A DNA stretch of 64,000 nucleotides from an uncultured Acidobacteriota bacterium. GTDB taxonomy: Bacteria > Acidobacteriota > Vicinamibacteria > Vicinamibacterales > CAVVIG01. The position numbers and the translations under genes are program-made. The notes under the pieces are model-generated. The model was not told where the DNA came from and searched no databases. It worked only from the letters and a program-made list of their open reading frames with translations. Shown in pieces: positions 1 through 9,373 of the stretch. Every line of letters starts with the position of its first letter. The first letter of the stretch is position 1. The stretch lies in assembly GCA_963770995.1 (NCBI GenBank), contig CAVYRS010000002.1, forward strand, positions 43,500 to 107,499, read 5' to 3'.

Positions 1-1172
1 CGAGCGCCGTCGGGCCGGCGAGGCGTCCGACGCCGACCGTGGCCCGAACGGGTGGATCCGTGGGAAAGAACGGCCGATATCCCTCGTTCATCTCGCCGAA
101 CTTCTGGATATCCGTGACGTCCACGTCCGCCGAGACGATGTCCTTGTAGTCGAAGCCGGCGGCCTTGAGCGTCCGGCCGAAGCGCGTCAACGTTTCGGTT
201 GTCTGCGCCTTCATGTCGGTGGCGTTCTCTGGCGTGGATCCGGTGCCGCCCGAAATGAACAGCCGGTTGCCGACCTTGATGGCCGGGCTGAAATTGGCGC
301 CGGCCTGCCCCGGCGTCCCGTCGGGACGGGGCGGGATGATCACTTCGCGCGGAGACGACCCTTTGATCGCGGTGAAGGTGATCTCCACATCGAAGGTTCC
401 CGGCGGCGACACCTGCGCGCTCACACGAGCGGGGCGATCCTTCTCCCAATAGGTGCGATACGCATCGTTCATCGCCGCGAACTGCGCCATGTCGCGCAGC
501 GCCACGCGACCAGTCACGAGATCGCCATACGACATGCCGGCCGCCTGAAGAATCTGGCCGGCGTTGTCCATGATGGTTTTCACCTGCGTCGCGATGTCGC
601 CCTGCACCGGCGTGTTGTCTTTGCCGTTCCGCGACACGAGCCCGGACAGGTACAGCGTGTCGCCCGCGTGGATCGCGTAGCTGTACGGACTGGTCGGCTT
701 CATCCAGCCCGCGGGCAGAATCGCCTTCCGCTGCACGCCGTTCGGCACCGCGGTCACCTGGATCTCCAGCAGCGCGCCCGGCCGCACCATGTTGCCGATG
801 ATCGTCGTGCGCGCCGGCGGGTCGCCCTTGAACTGCTGCCGGTAGATCTGATCGAGCGCGGGAAAATCGGACGCGTTCTGCAGCATCACGGTCGCGGTCA
901 CGGCGTTGTCGAGCGACGATCCCGCCTGCGTCAGAATCCCGCGCAGGTTGTCGAAGACCTGCTTGGTTTGCGCGGCGAAGTCGCCCGCGAACGAGGGCGC
1001 CTTTGTCGTCGGTGGGCAACTGGCCGGCCACGTAGATTACGCCGCCCGCGGTGACCGCGAGGCTGTAGGGCGGAGTCTGTCCGGGCGCTGGTCGCACGAA
1101 TTGCTTGCCCGATTGTGCGGAAAGCCCGGCGCCGAGCGAGACGACGACGAGCGCAAGGGTCGCGGATCGCAT
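1..1172 (-). pseudogene. Secreted RidA/YjgF/L-PSP family protein with three tandem RidA-like domains; C-terminus runs off the window; one apparent frameshift near 984-986
   Basis: Manual reverse translation from ATG at 1172 gives MRSATLALVVVSLGAGLSAQ...PPYSLAVTAGGVIYVAGQLPTDDKGALV. The reading continues in another frame as GDFAAQTKQVFDNLRGILTQAG. Two more RidA-like repeats follow (SPYSYAIHAGDTLYLSG, ANFSPAIKVGNRLFISG). The shift coincides with a CCC run. Confidence 0.7.
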
Positions 1173-1219
1173 GGCCGTAACGCTAACACGGTTCCTTCAC
1201 CCGGCTGATAATAGAATCC

Positions 1220-2310
1220 ATGACGCTCGTCTTCCGTCCGCGTGCTTGGTTGGTGGCTGCCCTGCTGCTCGTCGCGACAGTCTCCGGCTATGGCCAACCA
1301 CCGCTGCCAGGCGTCGGTGTCGTCGTCACCGCCGCGCCGATGTATCTGGCTCCGGACACGACGCGCGTTCCGTTGACCACGCTGCCGACGGGAACGGCGA
1401 TGCGCGTGCTCTCACGGGATGGCGACTGGTACCGAGTCATTTACCGCGATCGGTACTGGGCGACAGGACCGGCTATGTGCAAGTCGTCAACGTTCGCATC
1501 GAGGCCGCGGCGCCAGCCGGCGCCGCTCCTCCACCGCCGGTTCCCGGGCAGGTTGCGCCGCCGACGCCCGCGCAGCAAACACCCGCCGTACCGACGCCGC
1601 CGCCACCCGATCCTGACAGGCGCGACCGCGGGTACCTCTGGGTCAGTGGAACCGTTCAGAGCGAATCGAACGCGTTTACGGCCGCGTCGACATTCTCGCA
1701 AAACGGCGGCACCGGTACCATCACGACGAATTACGAGGGCGGGCAATCGGCGGTCGCCGACATCGTGATCGGCCAGCCCGTCTGGAACGCCCTCGGCATC
1801 AGCGTGGGTGTGACGCGGGTGTCACAAGCCACCGATGCGACGGTCTCGGCGAGCGTCCCTTCTCCGGATCCAGCCCTCAGCAATCGAACCGTCTCCGGCA
1901 TCGCGCCTGACATTCGCCGCAGCGAACTGGCGGTCCACCTGGACGCCGCAATCGCAGTGCCGGCACACAGCCGGATGCAAGTAGCTGTCTTCGCCGGGCC
2001 GTCATTTTTCTGGGTGAACCAGGGACTCGCCACTGCCGTGACGGTCAACGAGACGCCGCCCTTCGCCACCGCCACGTTCGCCAACGCCACCGTCACCGAA
2101 TCGCGGAAGCACCGCATCGGCGCGAACGCCGGCGTCGAAGCCTCGGTTCGTGTGTGGAAAGCGCTCGGGGTGGGCGTGCTCGTCCGCTACAGCCGTGCGA
2201 CGCTCTCCTTTTCACCGGCGCCCGGCACGGACGTGAAGATCAAGGCCGGCGGCCTCCAGGTTGGCGCCGGGCTGCATTTCCGGTTCAAAGAGGTCCGCGA
2301 AGATCGCTGA
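1220..2310 (+). pseudogene. Secreted SH3-like domain, Pro-rich linker and C-terminal beta-barrel-like domain protein; one frameshift near 1450
   Basis: ORF 1220..1768 begins MTLVFRPRAWLVAALLLVATVSG...GDWYRVIYRD. The sensible continuation LGDRTGYVQVVNVRIE...PPPPVPGQVAPPTP...GLHFRF is in the frame of ORF 1105..2310. Confidence 0.65.
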
Positions 2311-2360
2311 GATCGCAAAGGTTCTTTGCGGTCGTTGCCTTCTGTGCGGTCTTTGCGTTC
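2311..2360. repeat. Partial word hairpin, cgcaaag/ctttgcg vocabulary
   Basis: gatcgcaaaggttctttgcggtcgttgccttctgtgcggtctttgcgttc lies between convergent stops. Its words match the arms of the elements at 47852 and 52171. Confidence 0.6.
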
Positions 2361-2745
2361 ACTGGGGATCGGGCTTCTTCGGTTTCTCCGATCCCTGATG
2401 ACAGCTGAAGCACGTCACCTTGCCGAGCCTCGACTCCTCTGCCTGTCCCCGATAGTCCGGAAAGAATTGCTTGTTGATCGCCTGCGTCATCTCGATCATC
2501 TTCCGGGCCACCGCCTTGCGCGGGTTCTCTTCGCTCGCGAAGTTGTTCCGGACGTGGCAATGGCCGCAGGCGACCCCGAGCGCCTGGTTCATCAACTGCA
2601 TCTCGCCCTCGAACTCCGGTACGGTGTAACCGCGCAGGACCTTCACCGTCGGCACATCCACCATGCCGACCTGGGGGCGTGCGGGATCCTGCGCGGCGAC
2701 GATTGTCGAGAGCGCAAATACCGCTACGAGACTCTTGTTCAGCAC
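2359..2745 (-). CDS. Small secreted c-type cytochrome with two CxxCH motifs
   Basis: It lies within ORF 2359..2883. A GTG at 2745 gives VLNKSLVAVFALSTIVAAQDP as a signal peptide. Heme motifs CGHCH and CFSCH are present. The upstream part of the ORF is repeat-derived. Confidence 0.75.
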   Translation of the reverse strand: MLNKSLVAVFALSTIVAAQDPARPQVGMVDVPTVKVLRGYTVPEFEGEMQLMNQALGVACGHCHVRNNFASEENPRKAVARKMIEMTQAINKQFFPDYRGQAEESRLGKVTCFSCHQGSEKPKKPDPQ

Positions 2746-2766
2746 CCGCGCAGTATATAGACCGTT

Positions 2767-2962
2767 GGGTCCGTCCCTGGTCCTTGGTTCTTGGTTCTTC
2801 GTCCGTTCTTGGTCCCGGGTCCGTTCTTGGTCCATGGTCCTTCGTCCCGTGGAGTTGACGTGTTTTGTCGGACCAGGGACCACGGACCATGGACCATGGA
2901 CGGACCGCCGGACCTAGGACGGACCTAGGACGGACCAGGAACCAAGGCCCAAGAACCAAGGA
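2767..2962. repeat. About 200-nt imperfect hairpin built from ggtcc/ttggt words
   Basis: The left arm (ggtccttggttcttggttcttcgtccgttcttggtcc...) is mirrored by ...ggaccaggaaccaaggcccaagaaccaaggac. The loop is near 2851-2870. It fills the gap between the SPFH stop and the cytochrome start. Confidence 0.75.
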
Positions 2963-3904
2963 CTACTCGTCCCGCCCGCTCGCGTTGAACGTCCCCGTGA
3001 GCGGCACGCCCATCGGCCCGACCGGGATGTACACCACGGTGTGGTTCTGCGAGTTGACCATCGCCTTCTGCGCCTCGATGGCCTCGTGCTGGATGTACAT
3101 CGCGTTCAATTGGCCGCGGATGATCGCGGTCGCGTTGGCGATGCCCTGCGCCTGCACTTCGCGCTTGGTTCGCTCCTTGCGCTCGATCTCGATTTCAGTG
3201 TCCTTGCGCTGCAGCTCCTGCGTCGCCGCCAGCTTGCGCGACACGGCGTCGGCCACCTCCGACGGATACTGCACGTTGCCGACGACGACGCTGTTGATGA
3301 TGAAGGGGCTGCCGTCGGCGTAGGCGCGCACGCGCGCGAGCACGGCGTCGCCGATCGAGATGAGCGCGTCTTTCACCTCGAGCCCGTTGCGCCGCTGCAC
3401 TTCGTCGCGCGCGTAGGTCTTCAGCGGCTCGCGCACGAAGTTGCCGTAGGCGACCTTGACGACCACGTCGGGATCCTTTTCGAGATCGCGCCGGCCGGCC
3501 GTTGTGCTGAAGCGCTCCATGAACACCGGCACCCTCGTATCGTCGACGCGCCAGACAATGTGCACGCGGAACGCGATCTTCAGGTTGTCCCGGCTGAGCA
3601 CCGCGTCGTTGCCGGTGAAGTCCTCGGTGTAGGTGTACGGCGTGACGCTCACGTTGGTGACGTCGAGCAGCCACGATCGTCCGGGCGACGTCGGGCCTCT
3701 CTGGATGCCGTAAAAGCTCGATTTACCCAACACCGCCCCGCGCGTCAGGTAGCCGACGTATCCCGCCGGTGTGAACGGATTCGACGATCCGCTCAGCCAC
3801 ACCAGCATCGCCAGGGCCGGCAGGAGGCAGAGAAACAGCCACGCTACACCGGGTCCGGGTCGGTACGGACGAACACCCTCATCGACGGAAAGCACACGTG
3901 CCAT
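2963..3904 (-). CDS. SPFH/band 7 (prohibitin-like) membrane protein
   Basis: ATG at 3904 gives MARVLSVDEG..., an N-terminal TM segment (VAWLFLCLLPALAMLVWL), an SPFH-like core and a coiled EIEIERKERTKREVQAQG tail. The rest of ORF 2963..4627 upstream is Arg-rich shadow sequence. Confidence 0.8.
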   Translation of the reverse strand: MARVLSVDEGVRPYRPGPGVAWLFLCLLPALAMLVWLSGSSNPFTPAGYVGYLTRGAVLGKSSFYGIQRGPTSPGRSWLLDVTNVSVTPYTYTEDFTGNDAVLSRDNLKIAFRVHIVWRVDDTRVPVFMERFSTTAGRRDLEKDPDVVVKVAYGNFVREPLKTYARDEVQRRNGLEVKDALISIGDAVLARVRAYADGSPFIINSVVVGNVQYPSEVADAVSRKLAATQELQRKDTEIEIERKERTKREVQAQGIANATAIIRGQLNAMYIQHEAIEAQKAMVNSQNHTVVYIPVGPMGVPLTGTFNASGRDE

Positions 3905-4007
3905 GGCAGGCCCCCAAACGCCGGCGGGGTTAGCTGACGGGCTCGAGGTTGGAAGTCCTCTATCTCGAATGTGGCGCCATCCAACGGGCGCAAGTCCCGC
4001 GCCAGAT

Positions 4008-4032
4008 GGGGTCTGATCCCGGATCAGACCCC
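4008..4032. repeat. REP family 3 palindrome GGGGTCTGATCC-N-GGATCAGACCCC
   Basis: A perfect inverted repeat, ggggtctgatcccggatcagacccc. The same unit occurs at 20263-20287, and a shorter ggggtcagacccc at 41008 and 41085. Confidence 0.85.
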
Positions 4033-4153
4033 GAAGCCACACCCGAAAATTCGCCCCGTGGCGCGGATATCGCGCCGGTGGGTCCCCCGCGACGCCCCGT
4101 AGGGTCGTCTTAGGCGTACTATCAAATGTAGGCTTGTAACGACCGAGCGTCAA

Positions 4154-4738
4154 ATGTCTCCAGGAGCCCTCCTCGCCAGCACCGTCCCCCTCGCGTTCGC
4201 CGCGGGGCTCAATGTCTACGCCACGGTCGCGGTCATCGGTCTCTCCTCGCGTTTCAACCTGGTCACGCTGCCGGAGCCGCTGCGCGCGTTCGACAACCCC
4301 TACGTCATCGGCGTGGCGCTCACGATGTACGTGATCGAGTTCGTGGCCGACAAAGTGCCATGGGTCGATTCGGTGTGGGACGCCGTGCACACGTTGATCC
4401 GGCCGGTTGGCGGCGCCTTCATCGCCGTCACCGCGCTCGGCGACGCCTCCCCCGCCTCCACCATCGTCGCAGCGCTCCTCGGCGGGGCCACGGCGATGAC
4501 TACGCACCTGACGAAGGCCGGGACACGGGCAGCCGCCAACACCAGCCCCGAGCCGTTCAGCAATTGGCTGCTCAGCTTCGGCGAAGACGTCCTCGCGATC
4601 GGCATCTCGTACGGCGCGCTCACGCATCCCATCCTCACCCTGGCCATTACGGGCACACTGCTGTTGATCATTCTCGCGTGCGCTTCGCTCGTGATTCGAG
4701 CGGTTCGGCGCCGCTTTGCGCGGGGGTTCAGTTCATGA
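4154..4738 (+). CDS. DUF4126-like integral membrane protein
   Basis: A 194-aa ORF with multiple hydrophobic helices. The pattern YVIEFVADKVPWVDSVWD is typical of DUF4126, recognised from memory. Confidence 0.75.
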   Translation: MSPGALLASTVPLAFAAGLNVYATVAVIGLSSRFNLVTLPEPLRAFDNPYVIGVALTMYVIEFVADKVPWVDSVWDAVHTLIRPVGGAFIAVTALGDASPASTIVAALLGGATAMTTHLTKAGTRAAANTSPEPFSNWLLSFGEDVLAIGISYGALTHPILTLAITGTLLLIILACASLVIRAVRRRFARGFSS

Positions 4739-5764
4739 GCGACTCGACGCCGGCAACGGTCGATCCGGTTCAGCACGTCTTTCAACTCGCGACCGCGTAC
4801 ATCGTCTCCACGACCCTGCAGCTCGCCGTGCAGCTGGACATCGCCGATCATCTGGCGGCAGGTCCCCGCACGGCGGGTGACCTGGCGGCCGCGACCGGCT
4901 CGAACGAGGATGCCCTCTATCGCGTGCTGCGCGTGCTGGCCAGCGTCGGCGTCTTCGACGAGGTCGAACCGCGCACGTTCGCGCTGACGCCGGCGGCCGA
5001 CATTCTGCGCAAGGATTCGCCGCGATCGGTTCACGACATGGTGATCTTCATCGCCGATCCGCTGCACATGCGCGTCTATGCCGACGCGATCCATTCGGTG
5101 CGGACCGGCAGGCCCGCCGCCGCTGTCACACTCGGCATGCCGGTATTCGAGTACTTCGCCGCCCACCCCGAGTACTCGGAGATCTTCAACAACGCGATGA
5201 CGACGATGAGCGCGGCCATCGTCCCGGCCGTACTCGACGCGTACGATTTCAGCGGGATTGGCACGCTCGTGGACGTGGCCGGCGGCCACGGCGAGGTGCT
5301 CACGTCGATTCTGCGCCAGTACCCCGACCATGCGAGGCGTCCTCATGGATCTCGCGCACGTGGTCGCCGGGGCGACGCCACACATCGACGCGGCCGGCGT
5401 GAGGGACCGCTGTCAGAGCGTTGCCGGCGACTTCTTCAAGGCCGTGCCGGCGGGCGGCGACGCCTACCTGATGAAACACATCATTCACGACTGGGACGAC
5501 GAACAGGCCGCGCAGATCCTGCGGGCGATTCACACGGCGATGGGGTCGACGCGCGGGACGGTCCTGCTGCTCGAGGGCGTGCTCGCGCCCGGAAACGAAC
5601 CGGGCCTCGGCAAGCTCATGGACATCGAGATGCTGCTGCTCCCAGGCGGCCGCGAACGTTCCGCCGACGAATTCCGCGCGCTGTTCGATCGCGCGGACTT
5701 CGAACTGACGCGGATCGTCCCGACCAAATCACCGGTGTGCGTCATCGAGGCGAAAAGGCGCTGA
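4735..5764 (+). pseudogene. Class I O-methyltransferase (family 2, dimerisation domain plus SAM domain) with one frameshift near 5326
   Basis: MSDSTPATVDPVQHVFQLATAYIVS...LVDVAGGHGEVLTSILRQYPD is in the frame of ORF 4360..5832. The sequence continues MRGVLMDLAHVV...YLMKHIIHDWDDEQ in the frame of ORF 5258..5764. An extra c lies in taccccgaCcatg. The start overlaps the DUF4126 stop (ATGA). Confidence 0.75.
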
Positions 5765-5796
5765 GGTCATGCCCGCAACACATCGATCGAACACGG

Positions 5797-5915
5797 CTCG
5801 TGGTGAGCCCTTCGACTCACCGCTCATCCTGAGCTTGTCGAAGGATGAGCGGCTCGCTCAGGATGTACTTGTCGAACCACGAGCGAGACGGCTCGTCCTT
5901 CGACAGGCTCAGGAC
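5797..5915. repeat. REP family 2 cluster (ctcatcc-tgagcttgtcgaa-ggatgag type)
   Basis: Stacked hairpin units, gctcatcctgagcttgtcgaaggatgagcgg and ctcgtccttcgacaggctcaggacgag. Related units occur at 23171, 35505, 54045 and 54940. Confidence 0.8.
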
Positions 5916-6603
5916 GAGCGTGTCTAGCGTCGCCTCTCATCTCGGGATCGACCTCGCCGAGTACGACGCGCGCATTCGGACGTTCATCCCCGGCTACGAA
6001 TCGCTGCTGGCGGCCGGCGCGGCCGCGGTCCCCCGCAACGCGCGGACGATCGTCGATCTGGGTACAGGCACGGGCGCTCTGGCGTCGCGGTGTCTGAAAC
6101 GCGCGACCGGCGCGAGCCTGATCGGGATCGACGCGGATCCCGGCATGCTCGCCGTGGCGGCGCGCCGACTCGGATCCACCGCCCGGCCGACCCCGCGCGC
6201 GACGTTGGTCGCGGGCAACTTCCTGCGCACGCCGATTCCCCGCTGCGACACCGTCGTCGCGTCGTTCGCGCTGCACCATGTGCGGACGCGCGGCGCCAAG
6301 GCGCGGCTCTATGCGCGCATTCGATCGGCGCTGGGCCGCCGCGGCGTGCTGGTGTCCGTCGACTGCAATCCGTCGCCCGATCGCGCGCAGGCGCTCGCGC
6401 AGCGCGGCGCGTGGCTCGCACATCTCCGCCGCACCTACTCGCGGCGCGACGCTCAGGGGTTCCTCGACGCCTGGGCGAAAGAGGATGTGTACGTCCCGCT
6501 CGATACGGAGATTCGGATGCTCGAGCGCGCAGGCTTCAGCGTCGCCGTCGTGTCGAGGAGCGAATCCTTCGCGGTGCTCAGAGCTCGTGTAGAGCGGGTA
6601 TAA
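5845..6603 (+). CDS. Class I SAM-dependent methyltransferase (true start probably downstream of the REP-derived first ~25 codons)
   Basis: Motif I is IVDLGTGTGALA, followed by LIGIDADPGML and VVASFALHH. The N-terminal MSGSLRMYLSNHERDGSSFDRLRTS is a translation of the REP2 cluster. Confidence 0.8.
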   Translation: MSGSLRMYLSNHERDGSSFDRLRTSVSSVASHLGIDLAEYDARIRTFIPGYESLLAAGAAAVPRNARTIVDLGTGTGALASRCLKRATGASLIGIDADPGMLAVAARRLGSTARPTPRATLVAGNFLRTPIPRCDTVVASFALHHVRTRGAKARLYARIRSALGRRGVLVSVDCNPSPDRAQALAQRGAWLAHLRRTYSRRDAQGFLDAWAKEDVYVPLDTEIRMLERAGFSVAVVSRSESFAVLRARVERV

Positions 6604-6633
6604 TCCCCGGTCGGTCTGTTACTGCTGGAGGAT

Positions 6634-7834
6634 GTGATGGCACTTCTACGCCTGGCGAGAGTTGCGGCCCTGGGGGCCGTCGTCGCGGCAATCGCGGCGT
6701 CGGGCACGACGACATCGGGACAAACCGCCGCGGCTCAACCCACCAACGACGCGCCGAATCCGTATCAAAGCATCGAAGGCTGGGTCAAGCTGCCCGAGGG
6801 CCGGACGTGGGGATCGACGAGCGCCGTCGAGATCGACAAGGACGGCAGAGTCGATCTGGGTGGCCGAACGCTGCGGCGCGAACTCGCTGTCTCGATCGCG
6901 CCACCGGCAAGATGTCGGACCTGCCGACGATCCTCAAGTTCGATGCGACCGGCAAGCTCGTGCAAGAGCTTCGGCGCCGGCATGCTGATCTTCCCGCACG
7001 GCATCCACGTCGATCGCGACGGCAACGTCTGGGTGACCGACGGACAGGACAACGCCCAGGTGCCGCAGCGCGGCGCGCGCGCGGGCGGCGCGGCGGCGGG
7101 CGGTGCGCCGGCCGGCGGCGGCCGCGCACGCGGCGAAGCGCCGACCGGCCCGATCGGTCCGCGGGCGGGCGCGACGATCGGCAATCAGGTCTTCAAGTTC
7201 AGCCCCGACGGCAAGCTGCTGCTGACGCTCGGCAAGGCCGGCGGCGCGGCCGCGCCCGACTTCTTCTATCAGCCCAACGACGTCATCACCGCCGCCAACG
7301 GCGACATCTTCGTCGTCCGAGGGGCACGGCGCCGGCAACAACCGCGATTCTGAAGTTCGACAAGACCGGCAAGCTGATCAAGGAATGGGGCAAGCTCGGC
7401 AGCGGACCGGGAGAGTTCGACAGCCGCACGCGCTCGCGATGGATTCGCGCGGCCGGCTGTTCGTCGGCGATCGCAACAACAACCGCATTCAGATCTTCGA
7501 TCAGAACGGCACGTTCATCGAGGAGTGGAAGCAGTACAGCCGGCCGAGCGGCGTCTACATCGACAAGAACGACAACATCTACGTCGCCGATTCCGAGTCC
7601 GACTCGGTCTCGCAGAACCACAACGGCTGGAAGCGCGGCATCCGCATCGGCCGCGTGAAGGACGGCAAAGACGGCAAGGTCATCGCCTTCATTCCCGATC
7701 CCGAAACGCGGACCCGGTCGGCCGAGGCTTCATGCGGCACCAGCGCCGCGGAGGGCGTCGTCGTCGACGCGCAGGGCAACATCTACGGCGCGGAGGTCGG
7801 ACCGCGCCGGCTGATGCGGTATGTGAAGAAGTAG
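6634..7834 (+). pseudogene. NHL-repeat beta-propeller protein, tandem paralog of 7938..9053, interrupted by at least 5 frameshifts
   Basis: Segments colinear with the intact paralog are spread over three frames: QPTNDAPNPYQSIEGWVKLPEGRTWGSTSAVEIDKDG / SIWVAERCGANS / CLDRATGKMSDLPTILKFDATGKLVQ / SFGAGMLIFPHGIHVDRDGNVWVTD... / ILKFDKTGKLIKEWGKLGSGPGEF / LAMDSRGRLFVGDRNNNRIQIFD...YVKK. Confidence 0.85.
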
Positions 7835-7850
7835 AAACACTTCGGGTAAG

Positions 7851-7912
7851 CCATGAAAACACGAAAGCACGAAACCACTAATCGTCTTTCGTGTTTTCGT
7901 GATTTCGTGGCC
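7851..7912. repeat. Word hairpin, cacgaaa vocabulary
   Basis: The sequence is ccatgaaaacacgaaagcacgaaacc-loop-tctttcgtgttttcgtgatttcgtggcc. It lies between the NHL pseudogene stop and the NHL paralog start. Confidence 0.85.
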
Positions 7913-7937
7913 AATTCGTCATGCGCGGAGGAGTGAT

Positions 7938-9053
7938 ATGAAGCTGCGATCTTCAGTGGCATTCGCAGTCCTCGCCGGCGCCATCCTCTCCGCGCAGGGC
8001 GCCGTTCAACCCACCAACGATCTCCCGAACCCGTACCAGACCGTCGCCGCGCCGCTGAAGCTGCCCGAGGGCCGCACCTGGGGATCGACGAGCGCGATCG
8101 ACGTCGACAAGGACGGCACGTCGATCTGGGTCGGCGAGCGCTGCGGCGTCAACAAGTGCGCCGACGCGACGGGCAAGATGTCGCCGCTCGATCCGGTGCT
8201 GAAGTTCGACGCGTCAGGCAAGCTGGTGAAGAGCTTCGGCGCCGGCCTGATCGCCTTCGCGCACGGCATTCACGTCGACCGCGACGGCAACGTCTGGGTG
8301 ACGGACGCGAACGACAACCGGCCGACGCCGGCCCGCGGGCGAACCGGTGAAGCGCCCGCCGCGGCGCCGTCGACGCCTGCGACCGTCGGACACCAGGTGA
8401 TCAAGTTCAGTCCCGACGGCAAGGTGCTGTTGAAGCTCGGCAAGGCCGGCGTGGCCGGCAATCCGCCCGAGGCGCTGACCGAGCCCAACGACGTGGTCAC
8501 CGCGCCGAACGGCGATATCTTCGTCGCCGAGGGGCACGCGGGACAGAACCAGAACGCGCCGCCCGACACCGTTGCGCGCATCTCGAAGTTCACCAAGGAC
8601 GGCAAGTTCATCAAGAGCTGGGGCAAGCTCGGATCCGCGCCCGGCGAGTTCCGCACGCCGCACGGCCTCGCGTTCGATTCGCGCGGGCGGCTGTTCGTCG
8701 CCGATCGCGGCAACGTCCGCCTGCAGGTCTTCGATCAGGAGGGCAAGTTCCTCGAGGAGACGCTGCAGTTCAGCCGGCTGAGCGGCATCTACATCGACAA
8801 GAACGACGTGCTCTACGGCGCCGATTCGGAGTCGAGTCCCGACCTCCATCCCGGCAACTGGAAGCGCGGCATGCGCATCGGCAGCGCCAAGGATCTGAAG
8901 GTGATGTACCTCATCCCCGATCCCGACAATCCCGATCCGGCCAAGACCACGGCCGGCACCAGCGCCGCGGAAGGCGTCGTCGCCGACGCGAAGGGCAACG
9001 TCTACGGCGCGGAGGTCGGACCGAAGGGCGTCAAGAAGTACGTGAAGAAGTAA
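7938..9053 (+). CDS. Secreted NHL-repeat beta-propeller protein (intact)
   Basis: ATG at 7938 follows ggaggag and gives the signal peptide MKLRSSVAFAVLAGAILSAQG. NHL-like repeats include HGIHVDRDGNVWVTD, PNDVVTAPNGDIFVAEG, PHGLAFDSRGRLFVADRGN and VLYGADSES. Confidence 0.85.
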   Translation: MKLRSSVAFAVLAGAILSAQGAVQPTNDLPNPYQTVAAPLKLPEGRTWGSTSAIDVDKDGTSIWVGERCGVNKCADATGKMSPLDPVLKFDASGKLVKSFGAGLIAFAHGIHVDRDGNVWVTDANDNRPTPARGRTGEAPAAAPSTPATVGHQVIKFSPDGKVLLKLGKAGVAGNPPEALTEPNDVVTAPNGDIFVAEGHAGQNQNAPPDTVARISKFTKDGKFIKSWGKLGSAPGEFRTPHGLAFDSRGRLFVADRGNVRLQVFDQEGKFLEETLQFSRLSGIYIDKNDVLYGADSESSPDLHPGNWKRGMRIGSAKDLKVMYLIPDPDNPDPAKTTAGTSAAEGVVADAKGNVYGAEVGPKGVKKYVKK

Positions 9054-9140
9054 GAACTTAGAAGTTAGAAGGACTTCGTATCACGTCGTGCAGTTGCGAT
9101 CATTGTCCTTCTAACTTCTCAGTTCTAACTTCTAACTTCC
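9054..9140. repeat. Word hairpin, ttagaag vocabulary
   Basis: The sequence is gaacttagaagttagaaggac...gtccttctaacttctcagttctaacttctaacttcc, immediately after the NHL stop codon. Confidence 0.85.
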
Positions 9141-9345
9141 TGACGCGCGGCAAGCGTCGTTGGTGGCTGCCGGCGACGCTTGCCGCACCGACAGGTATGA
9201 GATTGCCGAACGCGATGATGCCCACGCCATGCTCCGGCAGCCACCGCCCGGCATGTGGGTCTGTGCGACGAAGTCGCTGAAGATGCGATCCACGTCGGCA
9301 AACGCGCCGGCGAGCTTGGTCTGATCGGCCTGCGCGCCAAGCGAA
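9140..9345 (-). pseudogene. Possible remnant of a serine hydrolase/class C beta-lactamase-family gene with the middle deleted
   Basis: Reverse translation gives LAGAFADVDRIFSDFVAQTHMPG, which looks N-terminal. In another frame it abuts WLPEHGVGIIAFGNL, which looks C-terminal. This is pattern recognition only. Confidence 0.3.
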
Positions 9346-9373
9346 ATCGTAAGCGCGTATGATACGGCAGACC

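Noticed and set aside
5318-5330. The frameshift sites in the O-methyltransferase (5318-5330) and Uma2 (62503-62515) share the context CCCGACCAT, which could hint at a motif-specific (methylation-linked) sequencing error or a programmed shift.
   Set aside because: Only 2 of more than 30 shift sites share it. The other sites I inspected (ggcAgagtcg, gtgCaagagc, gggtgcgTgcgcg, CCC/CCCC runs) have unrelated contexts. It is probably coincidence, so I kept it only as a note for whoever checks the reads.
6090-7658. A 522-aa plus-strand ORF spans the methyltransferase 3' end and the NHL pseudogene.
   Set aside because: It is mostly Arg-rich shadow sequence. It only coincides with the true NHL frame in two short segments (CLDRATGKMSDLPTILKFDATGKLVQ and ILKFDKTGKLIKEWGKLGSGPGEF).
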